Shown in pieces: positions 9,200 through 20,000 of a stretch of 62,347 nucleotides of DNA. A program made the position numbers and the translations under genes. The DNA comes from a virus (lineage: Duplodnaviria; Caudoviricetes), in the IMG/VR virus record IMGVR_UViG_3300033565_000090, positions 1-62,347 of that record, one strand, 5' to 3'. Positions within the stretch are counted from its first letter, which is position 1; every line of letters begins with the position of its first letter. The notes under the pieces are model-generated. The model saw only the letters and a program-made list of their open reading frames with translations, did no database searches and had not been told where the DNA came from.

Positions 9200-9817
9200 T
9201 CAGAACCGAATGCCGAGCTTGGCGCGCCCTTCCCATCCCTGTCGGGCCTGGAGCGCGTAGGTGTTCTTGGTGAGTTCCAGGCCGGTGCGGATGAAGGCGA
9301 AGTCCCGATCCACGAACGCGCCCACCGCCTTGTCACCCCATGCCGTACCGCCGTAGACCACCCCAGCCGCCCACTTCAGCGTCTTCGGCTCGGGCAAGGT
9401 CTCCATGGGGATGTCCACCCCGCCCACCACCTCCCCGTCAGGGCTGGAGGCGATCAGGCGCCGGGACAAATCAGGCATCCTCACGAGGGTCAGGTCCAAC
9501 GTATATGGGGGGGGCACCGGTTGGAGGATTTCGGGGTTTGGTCCACTCGTTTGGACCGTGGCCGCGGCGGGTCGAAACTGCACCTGGGCGATGCGCTCCA
9601 CCTTGGCGCCCTTGGGGATCTCCTGGGCGGGCTTGGCGTCTGCCTGGGGCTTCTTCTCTAGAATCAGGCTTCCGTCCTGCTGCCGCTGGGCCCGGGCGTA
9701 GATCTCTGCCTTCGGTGCCTCCGGTTTTAATATCATCCACTCTATCGTCATCCCCAGAATGATCCCGACCGCGAGGATAGATCCCAGCAGCACGGCTCCC
9801 TTCGATGCCTCGGTCAC
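9200..9817 (-). CDS. Lysis-cassette membrane protein, candidate spanin
   Basis: Last gene of the lysis cassette; N-terminal TM helix; C-terminal amphipathic beta strands ending in F. Confidence 0.6.
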   Translation of the reverse strand: MTEASKGAVLLGSILAVGIILGMTIEWMILKPEAPKAEIYARAQRQQDGSLILEKKPQADAKPAQEIPKGAKVERIAQVQFRPAAATVQTSGPNPEILQPVPPPYTLDLTLVRMPDLSRRLIASSPDGEVVGGVDIPMETLPEPKTLKWAAGVVYGGTAWGDKAVGAFVDRDFAFIRTGLELTKNTYALQARQGWEGRAKLGIRF

Positions 9818-10101
9818 GATTTCCCCCCTTCATCGTTCTGGGTTCCCGGTTCCTTGGCCTGCGGTCCATTCGATCCCTTCTTCCAAAGTCCTGTGGTGAT
9901 GCCGGTCATAACGACGCCGAAGGCTGCGACCAGGGCGGCATCCCGCGGCCCCTTCAGGGTCCACACCACCAGGCAAGCGCAGAGGGTGAGCACCCCCAGT
10001 CCATAGGCGGCAAGGTTCACCTCGGAGGCGTGATCCCGGCTGTTGATCAAGCCAAACGCCACTTGCTTCAGACGCTCGGGAATTTTCGGGAGTCTAGCCA
10101 C
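9814..10101 (-). CDS. Putative holin
   Basis: 95 aa, two TM segments, charged C-terminus, adjacent to the endolysin. Confidence 0.65.
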   Translation of the reverse strand: MARLPKIPERLKQVAFGLINSRDHASEVNLAAYGLGVLTLCACLVVWTLKGPRDAALVAAFGVVMTGITTGLWKKGSNGPQAKEPGTQNDEGGKS

Positions 10102-10600
10102 GGGTCACCCCGGCCCTCAGCACATTGGCGTCCGTGGGGGCCATGTCCGCAGCCAGCCAGGCCGGAACGTCGAAGGCCGGGCAGAGTTTGAAATACTCGT
10201 GGGGCTCGATCTTCCCGTCTCCGTCCAGATCCGGCGAAAGATCCCGGTGCCCCACCACCCGGGCCTCCGGGAAGCGGTCCATCAAGTCCTGCACCGCAAT
10301 CTTCAGACTGTCCCATTGAGCCTGGGTGTAGAGCCCTGGGTTCTGTTTCGAGGGTCCACCCACGCCACCCACCAGGCACACGCCGATGCTGTGCGCGTTG
10401 AATCCCAGAGCGTGGGCGCCGGGTTCCAATTCACTGCGCCCCTCGGCCACGGCACCATCCACGTCGATAAGGTAGTGGTAGCCGATGGTCTTGAACCCCC
10501 TCAGCCTGTGCCACTCGGTGACGGTCTCGACCGACACCGGGCGACCGTTGGGGCTGGCCGTGCAGTGGATAACGATCATGTCGATATGCCGGAGTTCCAT
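10094..10600 (-). CDS. Endolysin, N-acetylmuramoyl-L-alanine amidase (T7 lysozyme-like)
   Basis: IVIHCTAS, IGYHYLI, SIGVCLVGG, VVGHRD and KLCPAF Zn-amidase motifs. Confidence 0.93.
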   Translation of the reverse strand: MELRHIDMIVIHCTASPNGRPVSVETVTEWHRLRGFKTIGYHYLIDVDGAVAEGRSELEPGAHALGFNAHSIGVCLVGGVGGPSKQNPGLYTQAQWDSLKIAVQDLMDRFPEARVVGHRDLSPDLDGDGKIEPHEYFKLCPAFDVPAWLAADMAPTDANVLRAGVTRG

Positions 10601-10601
10601 T

Positions 10602-10988
10602 TCAATCCTCTCCGCGCAGGGCCATGGACCGCGCCGGGCAGTCTGCCTTGTGCTCCTTGAGTTCCTTTTCCCACCGCTCCGAAAACTCGCCAATCCTCCG
10701 GTGCCCGTGGGCGATATCGTCCTTCAGCCCCTTGTGGACCATCTCCAGAAAAGGGTGGGTGACGAACTCCTTAGGGGCCTCGTCCTTGAACGCCTGGAAG
10801 CTCTCGACAAACTTCTCGAGGGTGGCCCTCATGTCCAGAACTGCCGCCCTGAAGCTGCCGATGGCGAACTTGATCAGGAATCCAATCGCGGCGAATAGAA
10901 TCAAATAAGTAGCACTAAATACACCGATTGCCCAAATTGGTATAATCATGCTATCCGTTGATTGAGCGCCCTGGAACATGGCAAGCAT
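10602..10988 (-). CDS. Single-TM lysis-region membrane protein
   Basis: One TM helix then a coiled coil; first gene of the lysis cassette. Confidence 0.6.
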   Translation of the reverse strand: MLAMFQGAQSTDSMIIPIWAIGVFSATYLILFAAIGFLIKFAIGSFRAAVLDMRATLEKFVESFQAFKDEAPKEFVTHPFLEMVHKGLKDDIAHGHRRIGEFSERWEKELKEHKADCPARSMALRGED

Positions 10989-11060
10989 CGGAAAATTCCC
11001 TCCAAAATTTCAACTCAGGAATTACCGGCTCCGCCTTACCTGATTTTACTTCTCGCTGGG

Positions 11061-14000
11061 CTATTCGCCAGTCTTTTCCTCTGCTCCATCAGTGGATGAT
11101 CCTTTGCTTTTAACTCCGCTATTTAGTCGCTTATACCAAGAAATAGCGTCCGAGATGATCTCCTTATCCTTGGCATTCAGCGAGGCCATGAATCGACCGC
11201 GCTTCGCGGGCGGGATCGAACCAAGGGGGTGTCCGCGTTCGATGGTGCCCTTGATGGCGCGGGCCTTCCCGCCGAGGCGCAGGTATTCCGCGAACCAGTA
11301 GGAGGCACGTTCCCGATCACCCCACTGAGAGGCGCGCTTGAAGTAGTAGAGCGCGTTCCCCTTCTCGCTGATGTTGCCCGCCCCGGAATACTCCTCTTTC
11401 CCAAGGTTCTTCTTGCCCCAGTCGTTGGCGATGTCCCTGGATAGGTAGTAGGAGGCCTCGCCGGGGTCCACCGAGTAGGTCAGAAGGGCATCTTCCAGGC
11501 CGCTTCGCAGGCTTCCTGGCCGCTCCGGCTTGTTGGTGATCTTGTTCCAGAGGCGGTCCAAGGGGGTCACGTTCTTGAGCACGTAGCCCACCTTGTCCCG
11601 GATCGCCATGCCGCCCGGCTTCAGCGATGCGCCCTCGCGCCAGACGGTCGGGAAGGAGATGGACCGCCCCAGCACCAGTTCGAAGGTGGTCTTGGAGAAG
11701 GGTTCCCACCCCTTGATGATCTTCTCCGCGGGGCCCTTGGCGGCGTCTGCAGCGATGTCGCCCCAGGTTTCCTCTCCCCGGGCCACGCCCTGCACCTTGC
11801 GCGGCAGGTCGGCGGCAGAGAACCACTCCAGGGCGTCCATGACGGCGAGATCGGTGCGGATGTAGCGGATCGATCCGTCATCCCGCTTCCCGAGGATGAT
11901 GCCGTGCTTGAACTGTTTCTGGCGGCGCAGCACCTCATAATCGTCGGCGAAGAAGAGTTTGTTCCAGAGGTAGATGAGCCCGAACATGAGCGCCATGCGC
12001 AGAGCCAGGGCCGGCCCCTTGAGGGCGATGGTGCGCCCCACGGCCCCAGCCGCAGACCGCTTCCCTCCAGTCGTTTCCCGCTCGGCAGGAAGGTTCTTCA
12101 GCAGCCGCACGTATCGGGGCGCATTGACCTCCATCCAGGAGTAGAAGGGGATCATGTGGGTTCGGACATACTGCCCGGCCACCGAGACGTTTCCATAGTC
12201 GCCGATCAATTCCCGGGCCAGCTTTGCGGCCTTGTCCTTCGAGTTTCCCAGCGCGTCGATCTGGCTTCGGTTCGAGGCTGCGTAAAGATCGCGCCCCTTC
12301 CCGATCTCCTCCAGGAAGAAGCGATAGGCCGCCAGGCGTAGGATGTTCTCGCGCCAGGTGCTGAAGGTCTTGAGCCCGCCCCATGTTTTCTGAACCAGGT
12401 TCCCATTGGGCCGGTCACTGGTCAGTAGGCGGAAGGCGCCCGTCTTGTCGATGTCGGGGATCTCCGCGATGGTGATGCCCGATTCCACCACGCCCGCGCG
12501 GATGGCGTTCTGGATCTCCCGGCGCAGTTCAGGCGAAGCGGTCTGATTCACCTGGTAGGACCACATATCCGCGGCGGCCCGGGCGAAGTGCCGGGTCACG
12601 ATCCGCGGATCGTAGGCCATGGCGATGTCCAGATCGCCCATCATGTTGTTCATGCTGTAGCGCAGGATCCTCATGGGGCTGATGAGCTGCCACTGCTTCC
12701 AGGAGCTCTGCAACCCCACCCAGGCGTTCCCGAAGGCGCTGCCGTCCCGGTCGGTGAAGTTGTCGAGCTGGGTGGCGAGATTCGTAGGGATGGCCCATTG
12801 CTTCTTCTTGGTGCCCAGCGCCAGCACCTGGTGGAAGTCCTCCTTCACCAGTCCACGCTCTCCCTCCAGGAACTGATCCAGCACCCGCTCGGAGAGGGTC
12901 AGGGCCGGGTAGAAATGGTTCCCCTTGGTGGGCTGCCAGATCGTGTAGCCCTCGGGCATGAGGTCTTTCCAGGCCACGGCCTGCTCACCGAGCGCCGTTT
13001 CGATCTCCTTGGCCGACATTTCATCGATCTCGTCGGCTCCAAGTTCCGGATGCTGCGACTCGAACATCTCCCGGTTCAGATCCTTGGCCTGGGCGCGAAG
13101 CTGGGGCGCCACATCGGCGATGCGCTCCAGCCGGTCCAGGGTCTCCTTCTTCACCACGAGGCTCATGGCATCAGCCACCCACTCCGCCTCTGCCTGCTCG
13201 TAAGCCGCGTTGAAGTCGTGTGCACCTCCATGGCGCCCAAGCTGGAACCCCTTCTTCCCCATCCGGAGATCGCCCCCGGTGCTCCCGACCTGGCGCTTGT
13301 TCAGGTAGGTCATCACCTGGCGGTGGTAGTAGGATTCCACATCGTCCAGGCGGTCCTCGGACAGGATGCCGTGCTGGACCAGCTTCTCCACGATGTCGGT
13401 TGCCATGTCGGTGCGCTTACCCAGGGCCTCCCTGATTGGGGCGTTTTCCGGGGCCTTCAGCACCCTCTCGTACCGCTCAAGATCGACGCGGGCCTCTTCG
13501 GCATTCCGATAGCCGAAGGGTAGTTCTTCCGTGCCGGAGTCCACGCCCTTGTCCACGTTGCGCAGGATGTCCCGCAGCACCAGAACCCGGGTAAAGAGGT
13601 CGATCCGCTTGGGCCCCAGATCCTTCGTGACCTCGTACACCATGTCGTGGGCGACCGCCTTGGCGAAGGCGGGCCCGGCCTCGTACTGGCGCAGGGTGTC
13701 ATTCACCTGGGCCATGAGAGGGCTTTCGTTGGGGTCGATATGGTCAAAGTGGCGCGTGAAGGCGGCCTTGGCCTTCCGCAGGTTGTCGATGGCCTTGGCG
13801 AACATGGGCGAGGCCGGGGCCCCCTTCTTGGCCTCCCGCCACCGCTGCTCCACTTCATCAAAGAGAGAGGGCACGGAAACAGAATCCGGGCGTTCCCGAG
13901 TCCCGAACAGCTTGGACAGGAAGGCGCCCACGGGATGCGTGAACCCGCCGAGTTCCTGGATCCCACGGCCCTCTTCCTCGTTCATCTTGTCGAGCCACTG

Positions 14001-17000
14001 TTCGTTGGCGATTTTTTGCACAGAATCGGCACGCTCGGCCTGGAGAACTTCCCCGTGCTTGGCATACCATTCGTCCGATAAGCCCTGGAAGAGCCAGTTC
14101 CGGAAATCGTCCGGATCGCCCCCCGCAAACTCCTTCTCCACGGGCAGGCCCAGCGCCTTGCGGGCCGAGCGGACGATGTTCTTGGCCCCGATGTAGAAGT
14201 CCTCGGGTGTGGCCTTACTCTTGTTGGCGCTATCCGGCGCATAGTCGGGTGCCTGCATCTGCTTGCGCAGTTCGTCCCCGGCCCGGATCGCTTCCTCGGC
14301 CTCATTCAGGGTGTCCCGCACGGCCTCCGTGATGGTCGCCCCGCCCTCCTGCTCCGTGGCCTCCAGGAGCCCCCGGGCATCAGAGCGCAACCCCTCGGTG
14401 TAGCCCTGGGCAATGGCCGCCTCCAGGTCCGCGACCTTCTTTCGGGCGCGGGCCAGGGCCTCGGCGTTCTTGTACTCGCCCTCCATGATGCGATCCGCAG
14501 CGGCTCTGTCCTTCGCTGCATTCTTGGCCTGGTCTCGGCGCCAGTGGATGATGTCGGGGAGGACAACCTCCATCCGCCTGATGGACTGAGCGAACACTCC
14601 CGGGAGCTGGCTCTTGACCTCGCCATCCCGAATGGAAACAGTCCTGTCTCCGTCCTTCCATTTCAGTTCCCACTTCCCCTCGTCCCTGGGCGTGTAGGAA
14701 AAATGGAGTCCGTTCGGGAGTTTCACGGCAAAGCCACTGACTAGCTTCACCTCTGTCGCCTTCTTGGATTCAGAATCGAAGGTCTTCCGGGTCTCAGTCG
14801 ATTTCTCGGCCAGTTCCAGAATGGCCTTGACGATAGCCTTGGGCGTTGTGGCCTCCACCGCCGCCACGGAGTCGAGCTCCCGATCCAAGTAGGCCTTCGA
14901 CCCATAGCCATCCGTATTGTCGTAGGTGTGGATCTGCTGCTGGGCCTGCTGCTGGCTCTGGATGAAGGCTTCCAGTTCGCCCTCAAGCTGGTTGAGCTCC
15001 GCTTGGACCTTCATCTTCTCCGCGATTCGGTTGTCCCCCGAGAAGGCCGCGGCCATCTCCTCGAAACTCATCCCGCCCCCGCCAAGATCCTCCACGTCGC
15101 CGTGGTCCAGAATGTCGGCGTCCATCACCTGGTCGATGAACTTCTGCTTGTTGGCAAGCACCTGGGCGAAGAAGGTGTCCGGGCCGCCCTCCACCGCGTA
15201 GGTGTAGACATGCACGGGGTCAAACATATTCCCGCTGCGCTCCATGCGCCCGATCTCCTGCTCCAATTCGGCAGGGGTCAGGGGAAGCTGGAGGATGTGC
15301 ATGGCGATCAGCCGGTCCTGGATGTTCACGCCCGTGCCGAGCGTCTTGACCATGCCCATCACGAAACGCACTTCACCTGTGCGCACCTTTTCAAAGACCG
15401 CCTCCCGGGCCTTGTCGCCACTGGGAAGCTGGTCCACGATCTCGCTTTCGGGAACCCCTGCGGCCACAAGCTGGCGCTTGATTTCGCGGAACATATTGAA
15501 GCGTTGGGATTCCGGAACCTTGTAGTCCCCGTAGTTGCTGGGGCTCTGGTAAAGCTGGCAGAAAATGGCCTGGGCGCCCCTCTGCTCCTGGGTTTCCTGG
15601 TAGTGGGTCAGGGCGTTCTTGACCATGGCCTCCACCTTGCCGCCTCCCGAGACCTTGGCTTCAGGGTCTACTAAGCGCAGGTCCAGGGCCGCCTGCGAGG
15701 CCCGGGTGTAGAGCGTGCCCGGCACGAATCGGGTCTCCACCTTGGTCTTGCCGGAGCTCATCCAGGCCCGGTACACGGAGCGGATGAAATTCATAAACTC
15801 GTCCGTTCGGGCATCAGCCTTGACGATGACGGTCTTGATGCCGCCTCCGGCCAGCTTGGGAACGCCCGACCGCTTGATCTCGCTGCGGCGAACCCGGTGC
15901 ATCGCCTGGAATAGGGCCGCCTGCAGTTCCGGCATGTTGGCGAACCGGCGCAGGCGGCTAACGCCCTTGACGGCCCCCGTGATGTCCGACTCGGGCTGAG
16001 AGTAGATGTCCCCGAAGGTCTTCACAAAGTCGTCGAACTGGTTGATGCCCATGCCCTCCAGCAGGTCCGGGCGCAGGTAGCGCAGGTTCGTCCAGATCTC
16101 GGCCATGGTGTTGGTGATGGGGGTTCCGGTCATCAGCACCACCCGCCCCCGCTTGTCGTGGATGGCCTTGGTCTTGAGGAACAGGGACAGGCCCCGCTTC
16201 GAGGAATCCCGGTCGATGCCCTTGGTATCCGTGAACTGCGTGAAGAAGTCCAGCCGCTTGAACTGGTGGCTCTCGTCCACGATCAGGGCGTCGATGCCCA
16301 GGCCGTCCCAGTCCATCACCTTGTCGGTCTTCCGCTGGAGGAGATCATCCATGCGCGCCGCGGCGCGGTTCTTTGCCTTCTCGGCCTTCTTACTTGTAGA
16401 TTTTCCGCCCACGTCTTCAGAGTCGGCCTCTTCCGAGGGCCCGTTCACCATTTCGCGGAGATTGTCCACGTATTGGAGACGGGCCCGAATGGCTTGCGCC
16501 AGGGGATCCCTGGAGTTGATATCGACCTTGAGGCCACGCATGGTCTCTTCCAGGGCGTCCATCTGCTCATTGATGTAGGCGTTCACCCGCTCCGGGCTAT
16601 CCGGAATGACACTCAGATCCTCATGGGAAAGGATCGCCATGTCGAAGTCCATGGTGGCGAGGCGCGTCAGGAAGATCTTACGGGTCCGAGCGTTGGGGTT
16701 GCTGGGGCGCACCAGGATCCGAGCGCCTGGATAGAGCTGGCGCATCTGGGCCGCAAACCCCGGGACCACAGAGCGCATCGTGGCGATCATCGGCTTGTTG
16801 GCGATGCCCAGGCGCTTCATTTCGTAGGCAGCGGTACCACCCGTGATTGTTTTCCCGGAACCGACCACATGCGCCAGGAGGGTGTTCTGCACCGTGGCAC
16901 GGAAGGCGCCCTCCTGCTGGAAGGGTTCCATCGCAAAGGGGCGACCGTTGAAGACCTTGGCCTGCCCGGGGAAGGTGCCATTGGGGAGCTTGGGCCACTT

Positions 17001-20000
17001 GGGCTTGACCACGCTGCGGAACAACTCGTTGAAGGTCGTCTGCACGCCCTGGGCATGGGGATTGCCCTCCACGCGCAGCCAATCCTGGAAGGCGGCCCGC
17101 ATCTCGCGGACCTTGCCCATGGCGACCTCCGTCACCACGGGATCCTTGTAGACCTTCCCATCGGTGCGCCAAGTGGCTTCATGGGATCCGTCCCAGAGCA
17201 GGCCCGATGCGAAGATCGCCTCGGGACTCACCGCGGCTTGGTGTCCCTTGAGGGTCGCCACCCACTTGAGATACTTTTCCTTCGCCTCCACCTTCATTCT
17301 GTTCTTGTCGAAGATCAGTTGCTTCAGGTTCTCGTCGAAGCCCACCTTCGCGTCGATGCCCACGACATCCCGGAGAAAGTCCTGATAGACCTCGGGCTTG
17401 ACCCAGGTGGCCCCCATCCTCACGGTCATCCCCTGGATGGGGACTTCCGGGGGCAGGGCCTTTTCCAAGTCCGCCACGTTTCGGTCGAAGCGCCCGGGGT
17501 TCTCCTTGGCCGCCTTCTTGGCCGCGTTGAACTTCTTGCGCACCTCCCCGGACAGGTAGATCCAGGAAGGCTCGAAGGAGCCGTCAGGGAGCTCGTAGGC
17601 CAGCCCCTCCGACTTCACTTGGAACTTCACATCCTCGGGTTCCTGTTTCAGCAGGCCCGCCATATAGTCGATGTCCACCCGCCCCTTGCCCATCATGGAC
17701 AGGAGCACGGCCTCCTCGTTGTTCGAGGCCGAGGATGCCAGTTCGGCCTTGGTGTTCTGACGATGGGATAGGATGTCGGCCTTGACGTAGGCCTTCTTCC
17801 ACTCCCCCGTCTTCGGATCCCGGGTTTTCTCCTCGGATTCCAGGGCCATGGCCTCGAAGTAGTTGGCATCGTCCGTGACGTGCTTATTGACCGCCGTGCG
17901 ATGGAAGAAACACTTGTCCTTCCCGCCGCGACGGTCCACGAAGGCGTCGTAGAGGCGATTCAGTTCCTTGCGCAGGGGCTTCAGTTCGGCGTCCGTGGCG
18001 TCGGTGCCTTCCTTGGTCCGCAGTTCATCCAGAGTCTTGATGAGATCCAGGTAGACCTGGGCGCTCTGGTTCATTTCCTTGATGATCTTCGCACTCTTGG
18101 CGCCGCCGTACTGCGCCGGGGTCAGCCAGGTGCCTTCCGAATGAACCATGGGGATCCCACCCCGGAGGGACACATCCCCATCTCCCACGGGGCCATGAGC
18201 CTCCTTGCTCTCTTGGAGTACCCGAGTGGGCACGCCGCTTTCCGCCCACCCCTCAGGAAGGCGGGCCATGGCCGTTTGGAGCGCCCGGGAAAACTCGTCC
18301 TGGGTGCCCTTCCATTCCACGGACATCTGGCCGCCGCCATCCCGGTACATGGTGTTGACCACCGGGACGCCCAGGATCTGCTCGGGGTTCCTCGACCAGT
18401 ACTCGTTCATGTGGACGACCACTTCCTGACCTTCTCGGTTGTCCCCGATACCCAGGTCCACCGTCCCCGCCCAGCCCTGGGCGCCATCGAACCTCTGAGC
18501 GCCCTTCCGCTTGCGGAACACCAGGATGTCGGTCGTGACCTGCGTCCCTGCGTTCTTGGAGAAGGCATTGTTTGGCAGGCGGATGGCCCCCACCAGGTCG
18601 GCGCTCTCGCCGATGATCTTCCGGTGGCTGTTGTTCATGGCGTCCATGGTGCCGGTGCTCGTGATGGCCGCCATGATGCCGCCCGGCTTCAGTTGGTCGA
18701 TGCCGCGCTTGAAGAAGAAATTGTGCAGGGCCATGCCCTCGATGCGGGTGCTCTCGTCGAAGGGCACGTTGCCCACGATTAGATCCACGCTGTTGCTGGG
18801 GATCTTGGCATCCTGATAGCCACCCTTGTGGATATCGGCCTCGGGATAGAGAGCCTTCAGCAGATCCGCCGTGAAGGGCTCCAGTTCCACGCCCGTCAAG
18901 CTGGACTGGCCGCGGAGACCTTCCGGCATGAGCCCGAAGAAGAGACCGCTGCCGGCGCTCTGCTCCAGAACGGCGCCGCCCTTGAAGCCGAACCGGCCCA
19001 CCATATCCCACATAGCCGAGACCACATCCGGCGCCGTGTAATGGGCGTTGATGGTGGAGGCCTTGGCCTTTCTTAGCCCATCCTCGCCGATCTCGTCGCG
19101 GATCTGCTTATGGATCTCCAGCCATTCCTCGCCCCACTTCCGGGCCTCTTCGCCCATGTAGCGCCCAGCGTCATCCCCATAGCGTTCCGTATAGGATTCA
19201 AAGGTGCGGGCCAAGGCATAGTCTACGGCCTTCCCCAGGGCGCCCCAGCCCACCCACTTGGAGAGGGTGTTCTGCTCGGCGGGAGTCGCCTGGTCCAATC
19301 GCCCTTCGGCCTGGAGCTTCTTCAGGGTGCGGATGGCCTCCAGGTTCCCCTTGGCGGCCCGCTTCTTCCCTGCTTCCGTGCTGAGATTCGTGGCCTTGAG
19401 CTCATCCCGGTCCACCCGGAAGGGCTTGGCTACTCCTGATCGGGTTCCAGGGTGTACCGGGTTGCCAGCAGCAGAGCCTCCTCCGGACTCAACCCCTGCA
19501 CGTTCACCATCACCGTGGCTCGGTTCAGGATTTCCGACGACTTCTTGTCGATCTGCTTCTGGAGTTGCACCTCGGCCACTCGGTTTTCCACCGCCGCCTG
19601 CTCCAGTTTCAGGATGCCCTCCGGATCCTGTTCCCTCAGATACTCCAGCACGGCCTGATCCAGACCGCTCGTTCGGAACGTCACGGGTCTGTTCGGATCC
19701 TTGGTCAGGCTTGGACTCTGGGCCATTGGTAGCTCCATCCTCTGTAATTGTGTCGTTTTTGACCTGTTTCGCAAGGGTTTCCCCCTTGGCCTTGGGCTCA
19801 TCCTCCGGCATCAGGGCCTCGGCAATGGTCCGCTTCTCTGCCGCGAAAGCCGCCCCGATCTCCTCGTGGCGACGGTTCCGAGCCGCGGAATCAGGGATGT
19901 TTGCTTCCGTGACCAGGGCCTGGCGCCTGTCATGGATGTCCTTCGCCTTGTCGAAGCGCGCAATGAGGTCCGAACGCTCCGGAGGGATGACATGCTTCTC

